From assembly GCA_018652685.1 (NCBI GenBank), contig JABIBQ010000066.1:701-64700 (forward strand): a stretch of 64,000 nucleotides of DNA, given 5' to 3'. Numbering within the stretch: the first letter of the stretch is position 1; every line of letters begins with the position of its first letter. The DNA comes from Candidatus Bathyarchaeota archaeon. GTDB taxonomy: Archaea; Thermoproteota; Bathyarchaeia; TCS64. Under the pieces are notes generated by a model. The model searched no databases, was not told the DNA's origin, and saw nothing but the letters and a program-made list of their open reading frames with translations. Made by a program: the position numbers and the translations under genes. This document shows, one piece after another, positions 16,517 through 25,379 of the stretch.

Positions 16517-17379
16517 GGAAGTAACGGCTGAACGTTTTTGTCTAGCATGTTTGACACCTTATCCATCGGCAGGTGTAGGTCGCTGTGGGGCGCATACCTG
16601 TTGATGTTCATCAGCATGTTCACGTACGGCCTCTGCCTGACGCCGGGATAATCCGTGCCGAATATCATCTTGTGCATCACGCCCATGTTGAGAGCAGTCA
16701 ACAGATCCTTCCAAAGCAGGTAAGTGAAGCTAGGGTGGTTCACGTCCCCGTAGGGCCAGCTGATGTCACAGTACACGTTTTTGTGCTTTCTTGCAACGTA
16801 CAGCGTCTCGTCAACCCGAGGGTAGCCGATATGTGCCAGTACTATCTTGAGCTCTGGGAAGCACTCTGCGATGACATCGATCTGAGCCGGATCGGTGTGG
16901 TACAGGTAGTCATAGTTAACGGGCATGCCAGCGTGGTGGAACATGATGGGCATTCCGATGCTTGACGCCGCCTCGTAGACCTTGAAAGCGTGAGTGTCAT
17001 CGGGCTTGTATCCGTCGCTGCATGGGTAGAGCTTCAGTCCGTGTAACCCCAGCTCGTGCCTCTGCCTGAGTACCTCCTCACCCATCCCGCGTTGGACGGC
17101 GTTGACGTACCCGAAACCGATAAACCGGGATAAATCCTGACTGCAGAATTCCGAGACCTGCTCAGGACTTGTACGTGCGTCGCTGAGAACCACGGCTTTA
17201 TCGATCCCAGCCTCCTGAAGGTCAGCGATAAACTCTTCCTTGGTTACGGCTATTATTGTGGGGTTTGCGGGGTCAGAGTATTCGGTTATGCTTATGTGGC
17301 AGTGGTAATCCACCTTTGGAAGACCTGTCTCCCTGATAACCTGCTGCCTCGTCAAAAGTGATGTGTCTACCGATGACAA
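16513..17379 (-). CDS. Amidohydrolase_2 (TIM-barrel metal-dependent hydrolase/decarboxylase) family protein
   Basis: 288 aa. VDYHCHIS (HxH), MFHHAG, LAHIGYP and FGTDYP metal-ligand blocks. Confidence 0.8.
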   Translation of the reverse strand: MSSVDTSLLTRQQVIRETGLPKVDYHCHISITEYSDPANPTIIAVTKEEFIADLQEAGIDKAVVLSDARTSPEQVSEFCSQDLSRFIGFGYVNAVQRGMGEEVLRQRHELGLHGLKLYPCSDGYKPDDTHAFKVYEAASSIGMPIMFHHAGMPVNYDYLYHTDPAQIDVIAECFPELKIVLAHIGYPRVDETLYVARKHKNVYCDISWPYGDVNHPSFTYLLWKDLLTALNMGVMHKMIFGTDYPGVRQRPYVNMLMNINRYAPHSDLHLPMDKVSNMLDKNVQPLLP

Positions 17380-17450
17380 ATGAATCGATAAAAAGGAGTT
17401 TGGGGGGGCTTAAAGATTATCCTTCGAGTAAGAGATATCTCCTGTTTTGA

Positions 17451-18425
17451 TTAGGCAGGTTTGGGAAAATTATTCTCAAACGTTTCCCAGTTCTGGATGA
17501 TCTCGTGAACCACTATACTGCCCACTCTATGCGCTGCATCAAACGAGGGCATTCCCTGTAGAACAAATGGAGCAGTAAAATGCCATTGTACATCCTCTCC
17601 CGGCGGCGGGGTGCTATAGTTGCTGGCAGTTCTTAACACAAGAATGCGGTCGTAATCAATTAAACCAGCCTTTGAGAGGCTATGTAATGCAGTAACCGTC
17701 CCGTGGTCCTCCATGTTTGCCATGACAAAGGTGCCCTTACCCTCCGTGTACATCTTAACCCAGTCATTTGCCCATCCAGTCAGCACGGGGCCGTGCCAGT
17801 ACGAAGATGAGCCTAGGATATCACCTTTGAGGACGAATGGAGGTTTGACTGCCTCAGGGAATCCCTCATACTGTGCCCGGAACTCCGCTAGCTCGGGTTC
17901 ATCAGGAAGCTGATAGTCCCGTGTAAGCTGGTAGGCCCAGTCAACAAGGGATGGGTTTAGCCTGTGCACGATATCGGAATCCGTGGAATGTGGGACCCGG
18001 TGGTTTGGCTTTGAGCTTGAAAGAGAAATCTTTCCATAAGGCCAGCCATCGGGCATCTCGCTCGCGTCCACTTCGTGCATGATATCACCGTCAACAACAT
18101 ACTCGGCCCACGCAGCTGAACCGATAGAGGCATTCATGGGGTCCACGCCAGCGATACCTGCGATGAGCCAATAAGTCTTTGATAGGTCGAAACGCGGGTC
18201 ACAGCCTAGCGCAGTGACTACAGTTGCGGCATTACTTGCTCCCATTCCAGTTAAAACAGCTAGAACGCCATCTTCGTTCATCCTGAGATCAGTCGATCCA
18301 ATGGGGAAGGGGATAACGGTGTCAAGTTTTTCCCGCTTTACCCATAACTCAAGTTCGCCTACATCACCGTCATCGGGCGTACCCCTTTCGAACATCGTGA
18401 CCACGACTACCTTAACAGGAATCAT
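17451..18425 (-). CDS. NUP-family (so-called purine nucleoside permease, PF06516-like) protein, cytosolic
   Basis: Starts MIPVKVVVVTMFERG..GE..LW, then VLTGMGASNAA and LIAGIAGVDP blocks. I prefer Met38 of the track ORF (AGGTG lies 8 nt upstream and this avoids overlapping the PIG-L gene). No signal peptide or TM helices. Confidence 0.6.
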   Translation of the reverse strand: MIPVKVVVVTMFERGTPDDGDVGELELWVKREKLDTVIPFPIGSTDLRMNEDGVLAVLTGMGASNAATVVTALGCDPRFDLSKTYWLIAGIAGVDPMNASIGSAAWAEYVVDGDIMHEVDASEMPDGWPYGKISLSSSKPNHRVPHSTDSDIVHRLNPSLVDWAYQLTRDYQLPDEPELAEFRAQYEGFPEAVKPPFVLKGDILGSSSYWHGPVLTGWANDWVKMYTEGKGTFVMANMEDHGTVTALHSLSKAGLIDYDRILVLRTASNYSTPPPGEDVQWHFTAPFVLQGMPSFDAAHRVGSIVVHEIIQNWETFENNFPKPA

Positions 18426-18477
18426 TCTGCTGCACCTTGGGATATAGCTACTTAAAATGTTAGGTTGATCGATGAAA

Positions 18478-19185
18478 TTAGGGAAACAGGTCGTGAGCGT
18501 ACTTTCTACCAGACCGTGATATGAACGCCTCGGCATATCCTACACCAGCTTTTCTGCCCAGTTCCCTGAACCTGTGTGTGTATCTTTCGATGAGCCTTTC
18601 CGTGAAATCACCCTGATCAACAGGTGTCTTTCCCCATTCCTGCCACTGGCTCGCATGCTGCCTGAAGGACTTAATCTTGACATCCATGTAATCGGTGATA
18701 TCGATGTACGTGTCGGGCTCCTGCCCGGAAATTGGCGTGCCAAAGAAGTAGATACAGGGCTCAGGACGATGGGAGGGTAAATCGGTGACGTGAAGCGGTA
18801 GGCTCGACTTGAGGCTCGCGTCGCTTGCCGCCTCACCGACCCTTCTATGGTCGTCCCGACCTACAAGCGGGTGAAAGGATAGAACTACATCTGGTTTCAG
18901 CTTCCGGTAGACATCAACAAACGCTTCCCGAAGCGTGTCCCCCTGGGGAACGCTCGCGTCCTCAAATTCAAGGAACATCACTTCCGCGCCTAGGATTTTG
19001 GCTGCCTTAGTCATCTCCCCTGTACGGATTTGCCTTAACTCATAGCTAGGAATGTCCCAGTGACCTTTGCCGCCCCTCGTGGCGTGGACGATTGTTGCTC
19101 TGTGGCCCCTGTCAACGTACTTTGCTAAGGTCCCGCTTGCGAATGTTTCGTCGTCTGGGTGTGCGCCCATGAGTAAAAGATGCAC
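18478..19185 (-). CDS. PIG-L/LmbE-family N-acetylglucosaminyl deacetylase
   Basis: 235 aa, GTG start. LLLMGAHPDDETF and HPLVGRDDHRRV zinc-ligand motifs. Confidence 0.85.
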   Translation of the reverse strand: MHLLLMGAHPDDETFASGTLAKYVDRGHRATIVHATRGGKGHWDIPSYELRQIRTGEMTKAAKILGAEVMFLEFEDASVPQGDTLREAFVDVYRKLKPDVVLSFHPLVGRDDHRRVGEAASDASLKSSLPLHVTDLPSHRPEPCIYFFGTPISGQEPDTYIDITDYMDVKIKSFRQHASQWQEWGKTPVDQGDFTERLIERYTHRFRELGRKAGVGYAEAFISRSGRKYAHDLFP

Positions 19186-20465
19186 TAGCTCACCTCAAAT
19201 TGGGGTAGAAGGTCGGCGTGGACCTTCATGAGCTCGTCGAAGGCACTCAGGGCCGCTTCGTGGTCATGTACAACAGGGTCAAGCAGTAACGCCTGTCTTG
19301 CTTTCTCCATGTCACCGGAGACACTGGCCTCCACAACGATGCTCTGGACCAGGATCTGGATGTTCAGGAGTGCAGACAACCCATCGGGCATATCCCCGAC
19401 GACAATGGGCTTGATGTCTCCCCTGGTTATCACGGCAGGAGTTTCCACCAATGCGTCAGTGATGAGGTTCGGGATCTGTCCTCTGTTTGGCAGGTTGACC
19501 TGTAATTCCATGTGGTTTGAGCCCTTTATCATACCCGCAATTATATGCATCGCCCTCTCCCCCGACAGCTTACCCTTGATGTCAAGAGGAGTCTTCCCCT
19601 CTATGATGGACTTGCTCTTGAGCCAAGTCTTCTGCCCGTTCTCGTCACACCTATCAATCCAGTTGAAACCCCGGTACTTCTCGGGGGTGACGTCCCACGC
19701 GTAGGCAAGATACTCGCCCATGTGGTTGTCATCGGTAGAGGGGTACAACCCGAATTGGTCGTACATGGCCCTGCACAGTGGCTGGAAGCCTTTGTCACTA
19801 TTGAACGCCTCGTCAAGCAGAGGGTAAGCATCGCTCCCATCGGTCAGAGTCATCTCCTTGAACCAGCTGAAATGGTTCAGGCCGGCGGAGACCACGTTGA
19901 TGAGAGAGGATGGGACACCCATTATTGGAGCAAGTCTCTGTAACTGGTGCTCAACCTCGTGGCACAATCCCACCGTCTTGATGGAAGTATACCTGCTGAC
20001 TGCCAGGCAAAGCCTTGGAACCGGGTTCGTGTAGCTCAGTAACCATGCGTTCGGGCAGACGTCCTCCATAGTCATCGCGATCTCAAGGACGGGCGGAAGG
20101 TTCCTCCATGTGTGGAAAAGCCCTCCTGGGCCCCCGTTCTCCCCGATCACCTGCTTGATCCCGTGTTTGAATGGAATCTCCCAGTCCTGCCGCCATCGGT
20201 TCATTCTGTCCACCTCGATGGCCATCAGAACGTAATCGGAGCCATCCAGTGCGTCCCTTTGAATCAATGTCTTAGATATCTCCATGTTTGCCCCGATATC
20301 ATCGTTCATCCTCTCAGCCAAGCCAGTCATTGTGTCAAGCCGTTCCCCATCGATATCGTGGAGGACAAGCTCCGAGCCATGGAGGTCTTCGATGTTCACG
20401 GCGTCAAGTACGCTGTTATACCCGAAGACGCTACTACCAGCGCCCACGAGAGTGATCTTAACCAT
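19185..20465 (-). CDS. Glycoside hydrolase family 4 (NAD+/Mn2+-dependent alpha-glucosidase/galactosidase-type)
   Basis: 426 aa. N-terminal Rossmann KITLVGAGSSVFG and GLCHEV (GH4 Cys-His metal site). Its stop overlaps the PIG-L start by 1 nt. Confidence 0.85.
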   Translation of the reverse strand: MVKITLVGAGSSVFGYNSVLDAVNIEDLHGSELVLHDIDGERLDTMTGLAERMNDDIGANMEISKTLIQRDALDGSDYVLMAIEVDRMNRWRQDWEIPFKHGIKQVIGENGGPGGLFHTWRNLPPVLEIAMTMEDVCPNAWLLSYTNPVPRLCLAVSRYTSIKTVGLCHEVEHQLQRLAPIMGVPSSLINVVSAGLNHFSWFKEMTLTDGSDAYPLLDEAFNSDKGFQPLCRAMYDQFGLYPSTDDNHMGEYLAYAWDVTPEKYRGFNWIDRCDENGQKTWLKSKSIIEGKTPLDIKGKLSGERAMHIIAGMIKGSNHMELQVNLPNRGQIPNLITDALVETPAVITRGDIKPIVVGDMPDGLSALLNIQILVQSIVVEASVSGDMEKARQALLLDPVVHDHEAALSAFDELMKVHADLLPQFEVS

Positions 20466-20486
20466 GGGTACGGGTTAGTCGAATGG

Positions 20487-20495
20487 GTATATTAC
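20487..20495 (-). promoter_or_regulatory. TATA box for a leaderless GH4-operon mRNA
   Basis: Minus strand TAATATACC is centred about 26 nt upstream of ATG at 20465. Confidence 0.45.
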
Positions 20496-20496
20496 G

Positions 20497-21153
20497 TTAA
20501 AGATAGTAGCTCAGGACCATGTATAGGCCAGCGAGTAACAGGATGCCCGAATTGATCTTCCTCATATGTGGCATCAACTGCATGAGCCTCGTGTAGATGA
20601 TCTCCCTGCTGAACGTCAGGGCAACACTGAGCGGTATAATAACGGTTGCCGCGCCTACCCCATACACCGCAAACATGGATACTATACCGATGAAGCCACC
20701 CGTGGTTGACGCCTGGAGTACTAGGAGCACGAAGACGGGAAAACTGCACGCCATCGAGGCAGCACCGTATCCGAACCCATAAAGAAAGAATGATCTATAC
20801 CCTGTTCCCTTTGGGGTTACGAGGTTTAGGGCAGGGATTTTATAGAACATATCGCTGAACAAGTGTCCGAGCCCAAGAATCATTAGAATAACGCCAATGA
20901 AGGGTGCGAGTAGATTGACCTTACTGGCAACCATGTTGATGGCAAAGCTGGGCAGGATGCCGATTATCATGAAAATGGAAAGGAATCCGAACACAGTAAT
21001 CAGGCCGAAAGATACCGCCGATAACAAGCCACCACCCTTTCTATCATCTTTCACATAGTATGACACGAAGCTGGGGAGCATGGGTAAAGCACAGGGAGCG
21101 AGCACGGCCAATAGACCCGCGCTGTATGCTAGACCGAGATTTGTGAACTCCAT
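20497..21153 (-). CDS. ccdA: Cytochrome c biogenesis / thiol:disulfide electron-transfer membrane protein CcdA (DsbD family)
   Basis: 218 aa, six predicted TM helices. LAPCALPMLP motif. Confidence 0.85.
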   Translation of the reverse strand: MEFTNLGLAYSAGLLAVLAPCALPMLPSFVSYYVKDDRKGGGLLSAVSFGLITVFGFLSIFMIIGILPSFAINMVASKVNLLAPFIGVILMILGLGHLFSDMFYKIPALNLVTPKGTGYRSFFLYGFGYGAASMACSFPVFVLLVLQASTTGGFIGIVSMFAVYGVGAATVIIPLSVALTFSREIIYTRLMQLMPHMRKINSGILLLAGLYMVLSYYL

Positions 21154-21155
21154 GG

Positions 21156-21677
21156 CTATCCCAGTAATGGAGATATTATACTATTGAACTCATTGAACGT
21201 TGTCATGAAACCTCTGTGAATGACAATCCCGTTCTGGTCAACCACGAGTATCGTTGGTATAGCACTGACCTCAAATTCCAGGGCGGTCATTGGGCTGTGT
21301 CCGAAGAACCAAGTGATCCCCTCATCCGCCGCGAACTCTGCAAGTGAAGTCATGTTGTACCTGTAATCCATGTTTATTGTGAGAACCTCGACGCCGGGCA
21401 CCGTCTCAATCTCCCTCAGGATGGGTATCTGGTCCTTGCACGGCGGACACCACGGGGCCATGAAATCAATGACGAGGATGCTTCCCCGGTAGTCACTGAA
21501 CTGTATCTTCTCACCAAATATCCCTACGATCTCCTGGTCAAGGAGAGTATCACCCATATTTGCTCCAATCTCGCCCGTCTCATCGGGCTTAACGAAGTTG
21601 GACCAAACGAGATATCCGCCAACTACAATGACCAACGCCACTGCGAGGTACTTGAAAAGGCTTTTTAGCTCACTCAT
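21156..21677 (-). CDS. Membrane-anchored TlpA/ResA-like thioredoxin-fold thiol-disulfide oxidoreductase
   Basis: 173 aa. N-terminal anchor LAVALVIVVGGYLVW and a WCPPC active site. Confidence 0.85.
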   Translation of the reverse strand: MSELKSLFKYLAVALVIVVGGYLVWSNFVKPDETGEIGANMGDTLLDQEIVGIFGEKIQFSDYRGSILVIDFMAPWCPPCKDQIPILREIETVPGVEVLTINMDYRYNMTSLAEFAADEGITWFFGHSPMTALEFEVSAIPTILVVDQNGIVIHRGFMTTFNEFNSIISPLLG

Positions 21678-21701
21678 TATGCAACCTCACGGGAACCACG
21701 A

Positions 21702-21709
21702 CTAAAAAA
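21702..21709 (-). promoter_or_regulatory. TATA box for a leaderless tlpA-ccdA mRNA
   Basis: Minus strand TTTTTTAG is centred about 28 nt upstream of ATG at 21677. The GGTAACCCT motif lies 12 nt further upstream. Confidence 0.4.
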
Positions 21710-21736
21710 CATGGTGAAAGAGGGTTACCAACTATG

Positions 21737-22183
21737 CTACTCGAGAAAGAGGTACAGGTACTCGCAGTAGCCACGCTCCTCCATCTCATCTTTTGATATG
21801 AACTCAAGAGCGGCGGAGTTTATGCAATATCTCAACCCGGCGGGCTTTGGTCCATCGTTGAATACGTGCCCGAGGTGTGAGTCAGCTCCCTCGCTTCTCA
21901 CCTCAACTCTATTCAATCCGTGGCTTATGTCACGAATTTCATTGACCTCGCTGTCCTTAATCGGCTTTGTAAAGCTGGGCCACCCACAACCTGAATCAAA
22001 CTTGTCTCTTGAGCTGAACAGAGGCTTGCCGCTGACAATATCAACGTAAATCCCCTCCTCCTTGTGTCCCCAGAACTCGTTATCGAAAGCGGGTTCAGTT
22101 CCGCTTTCCTGGGTGACGTGGTACTGTATACTGCTGAGTTTCCTCTTGAGCTCTTTTTTACTTATCTTGCCCAAATCATTCAC
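21737..22183 (-). CDS. msrB: Peptide-methionine (R)-S-oxide reductase
   Basis: 148 aa, GTG start. [13 protein letters not shown]...GCGWPSF...[10 protein letters not shown]...RYCINS SelR signature. No signal peptide. Confidence 0.95.
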   Translation of the reverse strand: MNDLGKISKKELKRKLSSIQYHVTQESGTEPAFDNEFWGHKEEGIYVDIVSGKPLFSSRDKFDSGCGWPSFTKPIKDSEVNEIRDISHGLNRVEVRSEGADSHLGHVFNDGPKPAGLRYCINSAALEFISKDEMEERGYCEYLYLFLE

Positions 22184-22200
22184 AAAGATCGCTTTGGAAC

Positions 22201-22220
22201 GGCGGGTAATAAGAAAAGGG
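22201..22220 (-). promoter_or_regulatory. msrB promoter: TATA box plus TTACCCGCC box
   Basis: Minus strand CCCTTTTCTTATTACCCGCC. The TATA is centred about 27 nt upstream of GTG 22183. The block closely resembles the cdc48 promoter. Confidence 0.45.
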
Positions 22221-22222
22221 TG

Positions 22223-23053
22223 TTATCGGCGTTCCGCCGCACCGGCAAGATAGATGCATGCCCGCAACGCGTTGATGGCTGTTTGGTAGTCGTCGTAGAC
22301 ACCCTTCATCGTCGTCCCATCCACACGTTCAAGACTGGGTATGAGACTGGAGACATCTGCCTGGGTACTTGTGGCTAACTTCACCATGACCTCAACGGGG
22401 GAATCAACTACCCTTGGGGCCGGATACGCCTTTGAGAGTGCCTCCTTCGCCTTCTTTTTGATAAGCTTAGCCGCCTCGTTGGGGTGCAGGCACTTGGCGC
22501 TGTACCGCCCCATTGCCCACTTAACAGAGGCGGTGGTGATTCCGGGTACGAACTCTGCCGCCTCAACAGTTGCCGCATAGTCGCCAGCGAGGAAAACCGA
22601 TGGTACGCCGTATCGTCCAGCAAGTGCACTGTTCAAGCCGAACTCGCCGGTCTCTCGGCCGTTAATATAGACTGCCTGAACTGAGCCTCCTGAGATGGTG
22701 TGGGCGCAGATGCCGTTCTCTGTACCCTTCATGCTATGGTAGCCCACGTACATGGCGGCGTCATAACCCTCCTTGATGCCCTCCATCATGCTGTTTGGTT
22801 TGGGTGAGCCCCTGATGAGGTGCGCTGCCTCATGAACCTCCTCTGGCCTGAGGTTCCTCATGCCACCGTGGGCGTCCGAAACCACAATTTCATTTGCGCC
22901 AGCCTCAATGGCACCTTCTATAGCCGCATTAAGGTCACTTGCCATGATCTTTCTTGCATGAGCGTACTCACTGTTGTTCCTGTCTACTTCGGCCCAGCTC
23001 ACGATACTGCTGATGCCCTCCATGTCGATGGAGATAAACACTTTTTTCGTCAA
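22223..23053 (-). CDS. dppA: D-aminopeptidase DppA (peptidase M55)
   Basis: 276 aa. FISIDMEGISSI N-terminus and the SDAHGGMRN block. Confidence 0.85.
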   Translation of the reverse strand: MTKKVFISIDMEGISSIVSWAEVDRNNSEYAHARKIMASDLNAAIEGAIEAGANEIVVSDAHGGMRNLRPEEVHEAAHLIRGSPKPNSMMEGIKEGYDAAMYVGYHSMKGTENGICAHTISGGSVQAVYINGRETGEFGLNSALAGRYGVPSVFLAGDYAATVEAAEFVPGITTASVKWAMGRYSAKCLHPNEAAKLIKKKAKEALSKAYPAPRVVDSPVEVMVKLATSTQADVSSLIPSLERVDGTTMKGVYDDYQTAINALRACIYLAGAAERR

Positions 23054-23341
23054 TTTCTATAATCCTCCACTAAACTTCTTGAGTGAAGTATGTTTGTAGT
23101 TGATTTAAAATTTGAGAGAACCATCAGGATTTCCCTCCCCCTTGAATATTATAATAATCAGGTTACTGTAACGATTACGACTTTGTTCAGGTGACACAAA
23201 TAAAATACTTGAAAATGTTCCAATTGACCCGGTGAAAAAAAATTCCTCTTTTTTCTTTACCAATATATTAGGATGCTTTTGATGCACCTGATACATTATA
23301 TGCTCTTATAACAAACGTATCTCACTTTTTTTCTCATATAA

Positions 23342-23704
23342 TTACTCGTAATGTGGGTCATCCAACTGCTTGGGATATGGGTCAATGGTCTGTCTCTGGA
23401 CCGCCTTGAAGAGTCCACGCATTCCGTTGGCTGGCCCTTCCAGCTCGACCTCACCTTTGTTGCTTGAGAACTTGAGTATCCCTCGCTTGGTTATTGTTCC
23501 CTGTTCAGTGAACTGTAGACTCGTGATCTGGCGCCACTGCTCAGTTATCACGTCCTCCTTCCTGAAAACGAGCCCTTTCTCACTGTAGAGAAGCAGTCTC
23601 AAGTTGGTGATGTATACTTTGTACTTTACCTCATTGAAGACAACTTGAAAATCACTCCAGAAGAGCACCTTCTCGTCGCCAAGTAGATAATTCTCAATGG
23701 GCAT
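23342..23704 (-). CDS. Hypothetical PH/GRAM-like domain protein
   Basis: 120 aa. LLGDEKVLFWS...VYITNLRLLLYSEKG pattern of bacterial-type PH domains. Confidence 0.5.
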   Translation of the reverse strand: MPIENYLLGDEKVLFWSDFQVVFNEVKYKVYITNLRLLLYSEKGLVFRKEDVITEQWRQITSLQFTEQGTITKRGILKFSSNKGEVELEGPANGMRGLFKAVQRQTIDPYPKQLDDPHYE

Positions 23705-23754
23705 ATACGTTAGAATGGCGCGTCCGGTATTAAAATATAGTAAGGGGGAAGTGG

Positions 23755-24294
23755 CTACCCGAGGATGTGCCTGCCGGCGTCTTCAAGCATTGGCAGTTTA
23801 TGTCCCCGGTTGGCCTGGGTCACTGTGACGAGGTCATAGTTTTTGAAACCTACCCTCTTCAGGTACTCCTCCAACATGTACAACCCACGAGCAGCTCCGT
23901 TACCGCTACCACCGGCGCAAGCTATCCCTATGTATGGTTTGTCGACGTATCTCTTGAACCCATGATGGGTCTCGACACGCCTCAACCTGTCAAGGAAAGT
24001 CTTAGCTGATTCACTTAGGTCGTGCCAGTAAACAGGTGTCGTGAAGACGAAGGCATCGGCCTCCTTGATCTTGTCAATGATCTCCGCGAAGGCATCTTTC
24101 TGGATACACGTACCCTCTCTACGGCACTGCCCCCAGCCGCCGTCGCATGCCTTGCATTTCTTGATAACAACCTTGTTTAGGTGGATTAACTCGGCCTCAT
24201 GACCTGCGGCCTCGGCCCCTTTCATGACCTGTTTCGCTGTTTCTGCCGTCAAGCCGTCAACGTTCGGGCTCGACTGTATAGCTAAAAGCTTCAT
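23755..24294 (-). CDS. Flavodoxin-like NAD(P)H-dependent FMN reductase family protein (iron-sulfur flavoprotein-like)
   Basis: 179 aa. KLLAIQSSPNVDG, Cys-rich CKACDGGWGQCRREGTC, and FTTPVYWHDLS. Confidence 0.75.
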   Translation of the reverse strand: MKLLAIQSSPNVDGLTAETAKQVMKGAEAAGHEAELIHLNKVVIKKCKACDGGWGQCRREGTCIQKDAFAEIIDKIKEADAFVFTTPVYWHDLSESAKTFLDRLRRVETHHGFKRYVDKPYIGIACAGGSGNGAARGLYMLEEYLKRVGFKNYDLVTVTQANRGHKLPMLEDAGRHILG

Positions 24295-24320
24295 ATCCTT
24301 AAACTGTAGTAAATGGAGAT

Positions 24321-24328
24321 TGATAAAA
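24321..24328 (-). promoter_or_regulatory. TATA box for the flavodoxin-like gene
   Basis: Minus strand TTTTATCA is centred about 30 nt upstream of ATG 24294 and is immediately preceded by GGGTAACCCTCCC. Confidence 0.4.
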
Positions 24329-24335
24329 GGGAGGG

Positions 24336-25370
24336 TTACCCGAAGAAACTGTCAAGGGTAGTCTTCTTGGCCCTTGGGACCATGCCTGCCTTCATCTTCT
24401 CAATGGCATTCAGGACCCGCTGCTGACTAAAGTTATGCTCTCCACTCAGGAACCCAATGAGTCCAGCCGTGTCCGGTCTGTTCCACTCAAGCACATAGTC
24501 ATCAGTGGTCCTCGGGTTCACGAAAAGTTCTTTGATCTCCTCAACAGGGTGGGGGAACTCCACGTTCTTGACGTGAGGAAGCGCGTCCTCTAGACTACCA
24601 TGCTTGTTGATTAGCTTCAATGCCGTCTTCGGCCCAATCCCCTTGATCCCGTCGGGATTGTAATCAGTCCCGACAAGTATTCCTAGGTCGATTAGCTGGC
24701 TCTGGGTCAGCCCAAGAGTTTTCCTGATCTTCTCCAGCTCAAGCATCTCCGGCTCGACTTTGATGTAAACGTTCTTTCGGGGCAGCTTCCTGCGGCCTGT
24801 GATGGAAAGGTTTCTCACGTGCCTAGGTGCACCATAGAGAAGGCTATCAAAGTCCTGGCTAGCTGCCGCGTAAACCTCTCCTTTCAACGCCATATATGCG
24901 GCCTGGGCCTCGCCCTCGCCTGGCGCCTGAACCCACGGGATACCCATGAGTGTGAGCAGGTTCTTGGCCTCCCCTATGATATCTGTGGTGGCAACGACGG
25001 ATTGCTGGCCGTACCTCCTAGCCTGCTGAGCGTCGCCTGTCTCGACAGCTTTCACGTACGCCTTCTTTGCTTTCTGTCGAGTCTTTCGGCGCCTTGCAAG
25101 CACTACTGACTTGAACCGGTGTGGCCTACCATCGAAAACGTAGACGATCTTGATACCCGCCTCCATGAGGTTGCTGTTTCTGTACATGAGACCGCTGAGA
25201 TGGCTGGTCATTCTGCCCTGGCGGTCCTTCAATGGTTGGCCATCCCTGCCCCTGACTATTGACAAGAACTGGTATAGGATGTTGTTGCCGTCGAAGGCAA
25301 CTATCTCGCCGGCAAGATCGCTGATGGAGATCTTGCGGGCGTCAACGATATTGCCCAGCTTGACTCCCAT
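24336..25370 (-). CDS. fen1: Flap endonuclease 1
   Basis: 344 aa. MGVKLGNIV..., FDGNNILYQFL, VYVFDG, the H3TH region, and a C-terminal PIP-like LDSFFG. Confidence 0.95.
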   Translation of the reverse strand: MGVKLGNIVDARKISISDLAGEIVAFDGNNILYQFLSIVRGRDGQPLKDRQGRMTSHLSGLMYRNSNLMEAGIKIVYVFDGRPHRFKSVVLARRRKTRQKAKKAYVKAVETGDAQQARRYGQQSVVATTDIIGEAKNLLTLMGIPWVQAPGEGEAQAAYMALKGEVYAAASQDFDSLLYGAPRHVRNLSITGRRKLPRKNVYIKVEPEMLELEKIRKTLGLTQSQLIDLGILVGTDYNPDGIKGIGPKTALKLINKHGSLEDALPHVKNVEFPHPVEEIKELFVNPRTTDDYVLEWNRPDTAGLIGFLSGEHNFSQQRVLNAIEKMKAGMVPRAKKTTLDSFFG

Positions 25371-25379
25371 ATTAATCCC

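Noticed and set aside
18426-18536. 37-codon N-terminal extension of the NUP-like ORF
   Set aside because: It would overlap the PIG-L gene end by 59 nt. Met38 has an AGGTG SD, and family similarity starts there.
19228-20555. Several 130-160-aa + strand ORFs inside the GH4 gene, and similar long antisense ORFs inside cdc48, hyuA, korA and the D-aminoacylase gene
   Set aside because: These are typical antisense shadow ORFs of moderately GC-rich coding DNA, rich in Ser/Arg/Pro/Leu. Each overlaps a gene with strong family motifs.
23054-23341. AT-rich 288-bp spacer with the 63-aa ORF 23105-23296; considered as a possible mobile-element scar or small gene
   Set aside because: The ORF is low-complexity (KKKEEFFF...). 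There are no repeats, att-like duplication or integrase. The A8/T8 runs fit a terminator for the PH-like gene plus the dppA promoter.
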